Below, one piece after another: positions 35,623 to 46,935 of a stretch of 48,436 nt of DNA. Every line of letters begins with the position of its first letter. Within the stretch, counting starts at the first letter, position 1. The position numbers and the translations under genes are program-made. Source of the stretch: Candidatus Portnoybacteria bacterium RIFCSPLOWO2_01_FULL_43_11 (GTDB lineage Bacteria > Patescibacteriota > Minisyncoccia > Portnoybacterales > UBA2143); NCBI GenBank assembly GCA_001819605.1, contig MHNE01000002.1, forward strand, positions 1-48,436, in the 5' to 3' direction. The notes below the pieces were generated by a model. That model had not been told where the DNA came from and did no database searches. It worked only from the letters and a program-made list of their open reading frames with translations.

Positions 35623-35910
35623 ATGCCGGTTCCAAAACAAAGAAAGACTAAATCGCGAAGAAATCAAAGACGTTCGCATCACGCTTTAAAAAAGCGGATT
35701 TTTTCAATTTGCCAGAAATGCAAAAGTCCGGTCTTGGCGCACACGCTTTGCATGAATTGCGGCTCTTATAATAATCGCGAAGTGATTAATGTTTTGGCTA
35801 AGCTGGACAAGAAAGAGAGAAAGAAAAAAGAAAAAGAAATGGCGGTTCAAGAGAAAGAACAAACCGGAGAGAGTAAGGAGTTGAGCGTGGAAGAACTATC
35901 CAAAAAATAA
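35623..35910 (+). CDS. rpmF: 50S ribosomal protein L32 with a Lys/Glu-rich C-terminal extension
   Basis: MPVPKQRKTKSRRNQRRSHHAL... and a Cys-x2-Cys...Cys-x2-Cys zinc ribbon (CQKCKS...CMNCG). Confidence 0.9.
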   Translation: MPVPKQRKTKSRRNQRRSHHALKKRIFSICQKCKSPVLAHTLCMNCGSYNNREVINVLAKLDKKERKKKEKEMAVQEKEQTGESKELSVEELSKK

Positions 35911-35929
35911 ATTCTAATTTTATAAATTT

Positions 35930-36367
35930 GTGGCTAATCGTCATTTATCAAGAAGTATTGCCATGCAGTCTCTTTATGAGTGGGATTTCTGGAAAAAGAA
36001 TCCAGCCAAGTTGGAAGAGATTGTTAATCGGAATATTGAAGAATTTGGGCCAGGCATAGAAGACGCCCAATTTATTTGGAATCTGGTTAACGGGGTGATT
36101 AAACACTTGGATAAACTGGACAAGATTATTGAAAAATCAGCGCCCGAGTGGCCCATTGAGCAAATCACTATTGTGGACAGAAATGTTTTAAGAATCGGTC
36201 TTTTTGAACTTTTATTCGGCAATCGCGAGGAAGTGCCGCCCAAGGTGGCGATAAACGAGGCGATTGAATTGGCCAAAACTTTTGGCGGCGAATCTTCAGG
36301 CAAGTTTATCAACGGAGTTTTAGGAACAATTTACAGGGAAATCGGCGAGCCGGGAAAAGACGAGTAA
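35930..36367 (+). CDS. nusB: Transcription antitermination factor NusB
   Basis: [13 protein letters not shown]..., [15 protein letters not shown]..., [26 protein letters not shown]. The start is GTG. Confidence 0.9.
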   Translation: MANRHLSRSIAMQSLYEWDFWKKNPAKLEEIVNRNIEEFGPGIEDAQFIWNLVNGVIKHLDKLDKIIEKSAPEWPIEQITIVDRNVLRIGLFELLFGNREEVPPKVAINEAIELAKTFGGESSGKFINGVLGTIYREIGEPGKDE

Positions 36368-36368
36368 A

Positions 36369-36503
36369 CGAAAATCCGAAATCCGAAATCCGAAATTCGA
36401 AACAATATCTAATACTCAAAATTCAAACGACCAAAAAAGTTTTTAATTTTGAATTTATGATTTCTCATTTGTTTCTAATTTTGTGCTTCGAATTTCGGAT
36501 TTG
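36369..36503 (+). promoter_or_regulatory. Long imperfect hairpin in the nusB-rnc spacer (candidate RNase III autoregulatory substrate), with a GAAATCC x3 tandem repeat
   Basis: AAATCCGAAATTCGAA (left arm) pairs with TTCGAATTTCGGATTT (right arm). An inner pair is TCAAAATTCAAA / TTTGAATTTATGA. The structure ends 8 nt before the rnc GTG. Confidence 0.5.
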
Positions 36504-36510
36504 ATAATCA

Positions 36511-37197
36511 GTGGATATTTCTCTTTTAGAGCAGAAGATTAATGTAAAATTTAATAATATTGATTTGCTTCAGCAGGCGCTGGTCCATCGTTCGTACATT
36601 AATGAAAATCCGGATTTTCGTCTGGATCAGAACGAAAGACTTGAATTCCTTGGCGACGCCGTGTTAGAGTTGATAGTTACTGAATATCTTTATAATAATT
36701 ACCCTAATCCGGAAGGCGAATTGACGAACTGGCGGGCCGCTTTGGTTAACGCCAAGATGCTGGCTCAAATCGCCAAACGTTTGGAATTAAATAATCATTT
36801 ATTTCTTAGCCGGGGAGAGGCCAAAGATACGGGCCGGGCTCGTCAATACATTTTAGCCAACGCTTTTGAGGCTTTAATCGGAGCGATTTATTTGGACCAG
36901 GGTTATGAAGCGGTTAAAAATTTTATTGAGCGGGAAGTTTTAAAAGAGCTGCCCCATATTCTGGAAAATCAGCTTTTCCGCGACCCCAAGAGCCGTTTTC
37001 AGGAAATGGCTCAAGAGAAAGCTGGAATTACTCCGAGTTATGAAGTTTTGAAAGAGTGGGGGCCGGATCACGCTAAACGTTTCGTGGTCGGCGTTTATCT
37101 GGGCAAAGAATTAGTGGCCCAGGGAGAAGGAAACTCAAAGCAGGAAGCGCAGGAAAAGGCCGCCTGGGAGGGGCTAAAAAATAAAAAATGGGAATAA
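36511..37197 (+). CDS. rnc: Ribonuclease III
   Basis: RNase III signature ERLEFLGDAVLELIVTEYLY and a C-terminal dsRBD (DPKSRFQEMAQ...GEGNSKQEAQEKAA). Confidence 0.95.
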   Translation: MDISLLEQKINVKFNNIDLLQQALVHRSYINENPDFRLDQNERLEFLGDAVLELIVTEYLYNNYPNPEGELTNWRAALVNAKMLAQIAKRLELNNHLFLSRGEAKDTGRARQYILANAFEALIGAIYLDQGYEAVKNFIEREVLKELPHILENQLFRDPKSRFQEMAQEKAGITPSYEVLKEWGPDHAKRFVVGVYLGKELVAQGEGNSKQEAQEKAAWEGLKNKKWE

Positions 37198-37203
37198 AAT
37201 AAA

Positions 37204-37578
37204 ATGTTAATTGTTCGTTTGCTTCGCGTAGGTAAAAAAAACGCGCCGAGTTTCAGAATAGTTCTGATTGAGAAAAGCGCCCCGCCAAAAAGCGGGAAAT
37301 TTTTGGAAATTTTAGGTTTTTACAATCCGCGTTCAAAAGAAATCAATATAAAAAAAGAGCGAATTCTTTATTGGATTTCTAAGGGGGTTAAAGCATCCGA
37401 GACCGTCCATAATTTATTGGTAAGTCAAGATATAATCAAAGGGCCAAAAATTAAAAAAAAGATTAAAAAAGGAAAAGAGACGATAGAGACAAAAGAGGAG
37501 AAGAAACAGGAAGAAAAGGGAAAAGAAGAGGTTGGGGTTGACAATTTAAAAGAAATGAGTAAAATAGATAAAGAATAG
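37204..37578 (+). CDS. rpsP: 30S ribosomal protein S16 with a Lys/Glu-rich C-terminal extension
   Basis: MLIVRLLRVGKKNAPSFRIVLIEKSAPPKSGKFLEILGFYNP. Confidence 0.9.
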   Translation: MLIVRLLRVGKKNAPSFRIVLIEKSAPPKSGKFLEILGFYNPRSKEINIKKERILYWISKGVKASETVHNLLVSQDIIKGPKIKKKIKKGKETIETKEEKKQEEKGKEEVGVDNLKEMSKIDKE

Positions 37579-37637
37579 TAGTATATTGAAAGGTCGGCTA
37601 CTATAGAAAATACGAATATTCACGAATAAAAAGAATT

Positions 37638-37976
37638 ATGGCTAAGACAGCAGTAGATCAAGAATTTTTAGAGTTTGCCATCAAGTCTATTGTCGATAAT
37701 CCTGATGAGGTGAAAGTGACTCGTTCGGTTGATGAAATGGGAGTCCTTTTGACTCTTAAAGTCAATTCGGAAGATATGGGTCAGATCATCGGACGGCAAG
37801 GCTCTACCGCCAAAGCTCTTCGGACTATGCTTCGGGTTATCGGCGCCAAACATAATGCCCGGATTAACCTGAAGATTGAAGAGCCGGAAGGCGGCAGAAG
37901 GATGAGAACTCAAGAAACTGCTTCTGAAAAAGCCCCTAGAGGCGTTGATGAAGTAGTCGATGAATTCAAATTATAA
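37638..37976 (+). CDS. KH-domain RNA-binding protein (YlqC-like)
   Basis: LEFAIKSIVDNPDEVKV...LKVNSEDMGQIIGRQGSTAKALRTMLRVIG. Conserved position between rpsP and trmD. Confidence 0.85.
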   Translation: MAKTAVDQEFLEFAIKSIVDNPDEVKVTRSVDEMGVLLTLKVNSEDMGQIIGRQGSTAKALRTMLRVIGAKHNARINLKIEEPEGGRRMRTQETASEKAPRGVDEVVDEFKL

Positions 37977-38046
37977 AGCGACATTTAAGCTTTATAGATA
38001 AGCAGAAACTGTACTACTATTCGTGGTGCAGTTTTTGTATATTTTA

Positions 38047-38736
38047 ATGACTTTTGACATTATCACCATTTTCCCAAATATTTTTGATTCTTATTTTAAA
38101 GAAAGCATTATCAGGCGCGCGCAGGAGAGAAAAATAGTGAAAATTAATATCCGTAATTTAAGGGATTATACGAAAGATAAACACAAGACCGTTGACGATA
38201 AGCCGTACGGCGGCGGGCCGGGAATGATTTTAAAAGTAGAGCCGATTTTTAAAGCTGTTAAAAATGTTAGAATTGTTGGAGATGTTGGAGATGTTAAAAA
38301 AACATCTCTAACAAAAACAATTTTACTTTCCGCCAAGGGTAAAAAATTTGATCAAAAAATGGCGTATAGATTTTCCAAATTAGACCGGATTATTTTAATT
38401 TGCGGCCGTTACGAAGGAGTGGACGAACGAGTAGCCCAACATATTGCCGATGAAGAAATTTCAATTGGCGATTATATTTTGACCGGCGGTGAACTGCCGG
38501 CTATGATTGTCGTTGACGCGATTAGTCGTTTAATGCCAGGCGTAATTAAAGAAGATTCGTTAAGGGAGGAAACATTTTCTTTTAAAAATAAAAGGGAAAA
38601 ATTGGAAATTAAAATTGAAAAGGAATATCCGCAGTATACCCGGCCGGAAGTTTTTAGGGGATGGCGGACGCCAAAAACGCTTTTATCCGGCAACCATAAA
38701 AAGATTGAAGAATGGAAGAAAAAACACAGGGGTTGA
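38047..38736 (+). CDS. trmD: tRNA (guanine37-N1)-methyltransferase TrmD
   Basis: MTFDIITIFPNIF..., DDKPYGGGPGMILKVEPI, LICGRYEGVDERV, YTRPEVF...LLSGNH. The ATG at 38047 is preferred over the GTG at 38023. Confidence 0.9.
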   Translation: MTFDIITIFPNIFDSYFKESIIRRAQERKIVKINIRNLRDYTKDKHKTVDDKPYGGGPGMILKVEPIFKAVKNVRIVGDVGDVKKTSLTKTILLSAKGKKFDQKMAYRFSKLDRIILICGRYEGVDERVAQHIADEEISIGDYILTGGELPAMIVVDAISRLMPGVIKEDSLREETFSFKNKREKLEIKIEKEYPQYTRPEVFRGWRTPKTLLSGNHKKIEEWKKKHRG

Positions 38737-38760
38737 CATTAAGTTGTATTTTGATAAGAT
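38733..38760 (+). promoter_or_regulatory. Candidate 16S rRNA promoter (TTGACA-N16-TAAGAT with an upstream TG)
   Basis: TTGACA at 38733-38738 overlaps the trmD stop codon. TGATAAGAT lies at 38752-38760. Confidence 0.5.
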
Positions 38761-38792
38761 AGAAACAGAAAGTACTTTTAAAATTTGACAAT

Positions 38793-38814
38793 TGCAGTTT
38801 TGTGCAGTTGTCCC
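38793..38814 (+). other. 5-prime half of the 16S processing stem (partner at 40596-40617)
   Basis: TGCAGTTTTGTGCAGTTGTCCC is complementary to GGGACAACTGCACAAAACTGTA (21 of 22). The pair brackets the 16S gene as RNase III processing stems do. Confidence 0.75.
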
Positions 38815-38905
38815 AAATTACCCGCCTTCATTATGCTTCGCATAGTTTTGGCGGGTCAACTCATGTAATTAAATCTTAATTGATTTATCAATTAAGATTT
38901 AAACA

Positions 38906-40490
<1,585 letters not shown>

Positions 40491-40686
40491 AATTTGTTTT
40501 TAAACAAATTTGGGGTGTCGATTAGAGTTGAAAATTGAGAATTCTATTTTCAATTCTAGGGTGTTGGCCGAAAAGCCCTAAATATCGGCTAAAACGGGAC
40601 AACTGCACAAAACTGTAATAAAACAAAAAATCACAACTTGCTTTAGTTGTGATTTTTTGTTAATGTGAAAATATAAAAAGTTATAC

Positions 40687-40760
40687 GCGCGTGTAGCTCA
40701 GCTGGTTAGAGCGCGTCTCTGATAAAGACGAGGTCCTTGGTTCGAGTCCAAGCACGCGCA
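40687..40760 (+). tRNA. tRNA-Ile (anticodon GAU)
   Basis: Acceptor stem GCGCGTG/CACGCGC, D arm TAGCTCAGCTGGTTAGAGC, anticodon stem CGTCT/AGACG with loop CTGATAA, T loop GGTTCGAGTCC. Confidence 0.9.
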
Positions 40761-40768
40761 CAAAACTT

Positions 40769-40798
40769 ATCCACAGGTCATCTGTGGATTTTTGTGTT
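40769..40798 (+). terminator. Terminator-like hairpin after tRNA-Ile
   Basis: Stem ATCCACAG / CTGTGGAT with loop GTCAT, followed by TTTTGTGTT. Confidence 0.55.
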
Positions 40799-40842
40799 AA
40801 AATATGATTACCGTATTTTATTATAGGAAGGGGGTGAAATAA

Positions 40843-41529
40843 ATGTTTACTATTCCAACTTGGGGAGAAGTTATTACAGATTCCCTTCAGACTCTTTGGA
40901 TGGGATTTATCGGGTTTTTGCCTAATCTTTTAGGCGCTCTTATTGTCTTTATTATTGGCTGGATTATTTCAGCGGCTTTGGGCAAATTGGCGGCTCAAGT
41001 TATCAATATCCTGCGAATTGACCAGATTTTGGAAAAAATAGGATTTAAAAACGCTTTAGACAGAGCCGGGCTTAAGTTGAATTCCGGTAAATTTATCGGC
41101 GAACTGATTAAATGGTTTTTGATTATCGTGTTTCTAATGGCGGCCGTTGATATTCTCGGTTTAGATCAAGTGACGGAATTTCTTAAACGAGTCCTCTTTT
41201 ATATTCCTCAAATTATTGTGGCGGTTTTGATTCTTTTGGCGGCTGTTATGGTGGCTAATTTCCTGCAGAAGTTGGTAAAGGCGAGCGTGGAAGCGGCAGA
41301 CCTCCAGTCGGCAAATTTTTTAGGCGTCGTTACTAAATGGGCTGTTTTGGTTTTCGCGATTTTAGCGGCCCTTCTCCAGCTTGGTATTGCTCCTGGTCTG
41401 ATTCAGACGCTTTTTATGGGACTCGTCGGCGCTTTGGCCTTGGGCGCCGGTTTGGCTTTTGGTTTGGGCGGCAAGGATTTAGCGAGTCAGCTTTTAACTA
41501 AAATAAAGAACGAAATTTCAGGAAAGTAA
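40843..41529 (+). CDS. Membrane protein with repeated TM helices (conserved-TM-helix / MscS N-terminal-like), embedded in the rRNA locus
   Basis: SD GGAAGGGGGTG ahead of the ATG. Five to six hydrophobic helices and a Gly/Ala-rich tail (LVGALALGAGLAFGLGGKDLA). Confidence 0.65.
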   Translation: MFTIPTWGEVITDSLQTLWMGFIGFLPNLLGALIVFIIGWIISAALGKLAAQVINILRIDQILEKIGFKNALDRAGLKLNSGKFIGELIKWFLIIVFLMAAVDILGLDQVTEFLKRVLFYIPQIIVAVLILLAAVMVANFLQKLVKASVEAADLQSANFLGVVTKWAVLVFAILAALLQLGIAPGLIQTLFMGLVGALALGAGLAFGLGGKDLASQLLTKIKNEISGK

Positions 41530-41536
41530 TACGGGG

Positions 41537-41565
41537 TTGACAATGATTTTCAAAGCGAATATACT
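41537..41565 (+). promoter_or_regulatory. Candidate promoter upstream of 23S (TTGACA-N17-TATACT)
   Basis: TTGACA at 41537-41542 and TATACT at 41560-41565. Confidence 0.55.
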
Positions 41566-41675
41566 AATAATATAGTTGAAGATATTTTAGTCTTCAATAA
41601 AATCAATGAAGAAAACAGAAAGACTATTTAATAAAGGAAGCGGTTAAAAGCTGTAAGTTTATTTGTGTCGTTTTG

Positions 41676-41704
41676 AAAAAGACCGCTTCTCTCGCGGTCT
41701 TTTT
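41676..41704 (+). terminator. Terminator-like hairpin between the 41537 promoter and the nested palindrome
   Basis: Stem AAAAAGACCGC / GCGGTCTTTTT with a 7-nt loop and a T run. Confidence 0.5.
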
Positions 41705-41708
41705 GTAA

Positions 41709-41976
41709 GGGAACAGGATTAGAAATAGAATCAGCTTGAGAAGCCAAAAAATGGATGATTTCAAGGCGCGACGACGAAAATTGTACCTAAAAGGTACATT
41801 GAGGAGGAGCAACGAAGAAATCAGCCATTTTTTGGCTTCCCTTCAGGCGGGCGAATTCGGGCAAGCTTCTTTGTTGCTCGTCGCTCACGTACTTTTCAAG
41901 TACGCATCGCTCCTCGCGCCTTGAATCTTACCCGAATTCGCTCCGCTCAATTGATTTTATTTCTAATCCTGTTCCC
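41709..41976. repeat. Nested palindromic element of about 270 bp directly upstream of 23S
   Basis: Outer 19-bp perfect inverted repeat GGGAACAGGATTAGAAATA / TATTTCTAATCCTGTTCCC. Inside are two large hairpins whose cores are inverted copies of the same unit of about 60 nt. Confidence 0.75.
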
Positions 41977-41978
41977 TA

Positions 41979-41990
41979 GCTCTTTAAAAA
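41979..41990 (+). promoter_or_regulatory. boxA-like antitermination motif (GCTCTTTAAAAA)
   Basis: Resembles the rrn boxA consensus TGCTCTTTAACAA. Lies about 35 nt upstream of the 23S 5-prime stem. Confidence 0.5.
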
Positions 41991-42736
41991 CTTAACATCC
42001 GTCGTATTAATTACTAACCGGATGCGGGATAAATATTAAGGGCTTATGAAGGATGCCTTGACATAAAGAGCCGATGAAGGACGTGGCGTGACTGCGATAA
42101 GCCTCGGGGAGGTGTCTAGCAACCTTTGATCCGGGGATGTCCGAATGGGGAAACCCAGCGCAACTCAAACTGCGTTACGCGCCGTTTTCGCTGCTAAATT
42201 TAAAATTTAAAATTAAAAGTTATGGTATAAATTTTTTAATTTTTCACTTTTCACTTTTAATTTAGCGTCGTAAGCGGCGCGAGGGAACCCGCCGAAGTGA
42301 AACATCTCAGTAAGCGGAGGAAAAGAAAAAAATCGCGAAGCAATTTTTTCAGCCACTAGTGACTAATTAATAGTTGATAGTGGTTGGGAATTTTGCTTCG
42401 CAAAATTCCCCAAGTAGCGGCGAGCGAAAAGGGAAGAGCCTAAACCGTTGCTTCGCAACGGGGTTGCAAGGTAATAATGTTTTGGAGCTGAATACATAAA
42501 TTTTATGTATTTAGTTTCAAAAGGAGTTTATAAAATAAAGATTGGTTAGTTGAATCTTTTTGGAAAAAAGAACCAAAGAGGGTAATAGTCCCGTAGATGA
42601 AAACTTCTTTATACTCCTAATTATTATTCTTAAGTACCATGGGACCAGACTATCCCATGGGAAGCCGGCAGTCCTACTATGTCCGCCAAAGCATTAGCGG
42701 AGGCGGACTCTGCCAAGGCTAAATACTCTTTATGAT

Positions 42737-42773
<37 letters not shown>

Positions 42774-44826
42774 CAGCCCGTTGAGGGCGGTGAAATAGAA
42801 CCTGAAATCATAAGCCTACAAGGACTCGGAGCTCTGACATTATGTCGGAGTGACGGGGTGCCTTTTGCAGAATGAGCCAACGAGTGTATATGGGCGGCTT
42901 TGTTTAAGTTCGTCATAGAACGGAAACACAGTGAAAGCAAGGGTTAACAGCCCGCTTTTGTCGCCTACATACGACCCGAAGCCAAAGCGAGCTAACCATG
43001 ACCAGGATGAATCCGCCGTAACTGGCGGAGGAGGTCCGAACCCACTAGCCGTGCAACACTAGGGGATGAGTTGTGGTTAGAAGTGAAAAGCTAATCGAGC
43101 TTGGTAATAGCTGGTTCTCCCCGAAATATCTTTAGGGATAGCCTCAAACTAAAAGTCCGGAGGTAGAGCACTGAATGGTTTGACATGACTTTTGTCTAGT
43201 CTGACCAATCAAACTCCGAATGCCGGGCCAAATAGGTTTGGGAGTCAGACTGTGGGGGCTAAGCTCCATAGTCGAGAAGGAAACAGCCCAGATTGTCGTC
43301 TAAGGTCCCTAAGTTAAGTTCAGTGGTAAAGGAAGTGAAGTTTCTCTAACATCTAGGAGGTTGGCTTAGAAGCAGCCATCCTTTAAAGAGTGCGTAACAG
43401 CTCACTAGTCTAGAGACTCTGCGCCGAAGATTTAACGGGGCTAAACTTAACACCGAAGACACAGATGCCGATGCTTCGCATCGGCGTGGTAGGGGAGCGT
43501 TTCATATTCAGCGAAGCTATTTTGTAAGAAATAGTGGAGAGTATGGAAGTGAGAATGTTGGCATAAGTAACCGCAATTCCGGTGAGATATCGGAACGCCG
43601 AAAGCCTAAGGTTTCCTTGGCAATGTATATCAGCCAAGGGTTAGGCGGGCCTAAGCGCAGCGCAGTTTTTAGCTGTGTGAGCGCGATGGACAGCCGGTTA
43701 ATATTCCGGCCCCCCAATGTTTTTTCAAAAAGGTGACGGAGTTTAGTAGTTTGGGTGAGTTATTGGATTCTCATTGCTTATCTAAGATTTTTCAAGGATA
43801 AGCAGAATGTCTTGCTTTGGCAAGGCAGACCCAAATGAGCAAGCTTCCAAGAAAAGCCTTTGCGAGCTAAAAATGCTGGGTCCGTACCGAAAACCGACAC
43901 AGGTGGGCAGGGCGAGTAGCCCAAGGCGAACGGGTGATTCCTCGTGAAGGAATTCGGCAAAACAGCAGGCGTAACTTCGGAATAAGCCTCACCCTGATGA
44001 TGAATCAGGGTTTCAATAAAAGACTCCTGGCGACTGTTTACCAAAAACACAGGTCCCTGCTAACTCCAAAAGAGGATGTATAGGGGCTGACGCCTGACCA
44101 GTGCTAGAAGGTTAAACCGGACGGTCTTTGTTAGTTTTAAACTAATGATTGCCTGAAGGCCAAGCCCTAGTAAACGTCAGCAATAACTATAATTGTTCTA
44201 AGGTAGCGAAATTCCTTGGCATCTAATTAGTGTCCCGCACGAATGGCGTCACGACTGGGAGACTGTCTCCACGAGGAGCCCGGTGAAAATGCAGTGGGGG
44301 TGAAGATGCCCCCTTCCTGCGGCAAGACGGAAAGACCCTAGAAGCTTTACTATAGCTTGGTATTGAGTTTTGGTTTTGGATGCGTAGCATAGAGGGGAGG
44401 CTTTGAAGTTTGCCTTTCGGGGCAAATGGAGCCGTCAGTGAAATACCCTTCTTTCAAAATCTTAACCCTAATCCGCCAAAAAGCGGTGACAGTGCCAGGC
44501 GGGTAGTTTTAGTGGGGCGCTAGCCTCCTAAAAGGTAACGGAGGCGTTTATAAGGTCGGCTAAGCCCGGATGGAAATCGGGCTGGTCGTGTAAAGGCAGA
44601 AGCCGGCTTTACTGCAAGGCGGACATGCCGCGCAGTTGCGAAAGCAGAACTTAGTGATCCGCTGGTAGGTTGTAGAACCGCCAAAGCTCATCGGCCAAAA
44701 GCTACTCTAGGGATAACAGGCTAATAGGTCCCAAGAGTCCATATCGACGGACCTGTTTGGCACCTCGATGTCGGCTCACCACATCCCGGGGGTGAAGAAG
44801 CTCCCAAGGGTTTGGCTGTTCGCCAA

Positions 44827-45574
<748 letters not shown>

Positions 45575-45910
45575 GAGACAGGTTGGTCCCTATCTGCCGC
45601 AGGCGTTGATACTTGAGGGAAGTCTTTCTTAGTACGAGAGGACCGGAAAGAACAGACCTCTGGTCTGCCAGTTGGCCCGCTCGGGCCATAGCTGGGTAGC
45701 TATGTCTGGCGAGGATAAGCGCTGAAAGCATATAAGCGCGAAGCCTTCCCTAAGATTAGGTATCGTAGATTCGTGGAAGATGACCACGTAAATAGGCTGC
45801 AGGTGTAAGCTTAGTAATAAGTTTAGCCGAGCAGTACTAATCAATCATAATCTATCCCGTATCTGGTTAGTAATTAACAATAATATCTCCGCGCTTTTTG
45901 CGTTTAAATA

Positions 45911-46017
45911 TGGGGATTATACCGAGAATGCTCCACCTGTTCCCATTCCGAACACAGAAGTGAAATTTCTCAAGGCCGATGATAGTGGGTTTTTCCCGCG
46001 AAAGTAGGTCGTCCCCG
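45911..46017 (+). rRNA. 5S rRNA
   Basis: TGGGGATTATACCGAGAATGCTCCACCTGTTCCCATTCCGAACACAGAAGTGAAA...GTAGGTCGTCCCC, with the conserved CCGAACAC and AGTAGGTC blocks. Confidence 0.9.
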
Positions 46018-46080
46018 TTTTTAAGCTCAAAAAGCCGAGAGGATGGACAGAATAGTTTTCAATCATTTGACCCGATGGGT

Positions 46081-46113
46081 AAAAAATCCTATACTTTAAG
46101 TATAGGATTTTTT
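46081..46113 (+). terminator. Rho-independent terminator after 5S
   Basis: Stem AAAAATCCTATAC / GTATAGGATTTTT with loop TTTAA and a T run. Confidence 0.8.
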
Positions 46114-46118
46114 ATATA

Positions 46119-46931
46119 ATGCGCATTATTAAACAACTGATTATTCTTTTGATTTTTTTATCAATTTTATCCGGTATCGGTTTTTTAATTTATTGGTTTA
46201 ACCGCCCTCTTCCAACCTGCTCTGACGGCATTCAAAATCAGGAAGAGGAGGGAGTGGATTGCGGCGGGCCCTGTCAGTCCTGTGAAATATCCGCTCTAAA
46301 ACCCCTAGAAGTTTCAGAGACGCGGGCTCTTCGCGTTAAGGATAATTTCTACGATTTAGCCGCCCGGATTAAAAATCCCAATCAGAATTACGGAAGCGGC
46401 AGAATTGTTTATCATTTTAAACTTTACGACTCCAATAATAATTTAATAAATGAGCGCGAAGGCGCTGATTATATTCTGCCTAATCAGAATAAATATCTTA
46501 TCGTTTCCAAGGTGGAAAGCCCCCGGCCGATTGAAAAAATAGAACTTCTGTTTGACCAATTTGAATGGCAGAAATTACAAGATTATCAGCCTCCTCAATT
46601 GGTTGTTACCCGTAAAGAATATTCCCCTTCCAAGCCGGACGAGCCCGGTTTTAGCCGGGCCACCGGTCTGGTTATAAATAAAACGAATTTTGACTTTGAA
46701 CGAATAGATGTTGATATACTTTTATTAAATTCAAATCGTCAAATAGTCGGTCTTAACACCACGGAAATTCAGACTTTATTGTCAAATCAAGAACGGCATT
46801 TTATCGCCGCTTGGTTTGAACCGATTGAAGACAATATCGTTTCCATGGAGGTAGAAGTCGAGACCAACCTTTTTGATTCTGATAATTATATGAAAAGACA
46901 CGGCGCGCCGGAAGACTTTAAGGATTATTAG
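46119..46931 (+). CDS. Hypothetical membrane-anchored protein with a Cys-rich segment
   Basis: N-terminal TM helix, then CSDGIQNQEEEGVDCGGPCQSC. No family recognised. Confidence 0.6.
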   Translation: MRIIKQLIILLIFLSILSGIGFLIYWFNRPLPTCSDGIQNQEEEGVDCGGPCQSCEISALKPLEVSETRALRVKDNFYDLAARIKNPNQNYGSGRIVYHFKLYDSNNNLINEREGADYILPNQNKYLIVSKVESPRPIEKIELLFDQFEWQKLQDYQPPQLVVTRKEYSPSKPDEPGFSRATGLVINKTNFDFERIDVDILLLNSNRQIVGLNTTEIQTLLSNQERHFIAAWFEPIEDNIVSMEVEVETNLFDSDNYMKRHGAPEDFKDY

Positions 46932-46935
46932 AGAA

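Noticed and set aside
40765-40773. Perfect DnaA box TTATCCACA after tRNA-Ile, as a possible oriC marker
   Set aside because: It is the 5-prime arm of the terminator hairpin ATCCACAG-GTCAT-CTGTGGAT. There is no cluster of boxes, AT-rich unwinding element or dnaA gene nearby.
41736-41924. 62-aa ORF (and the 41624-41812 minus-strand ORF) across the nested palindrome
   Set aside because: It has a TTG start, no RBS, and a sequence dictated by inverted repeats. A structured DNA or RNA element explains the region better.
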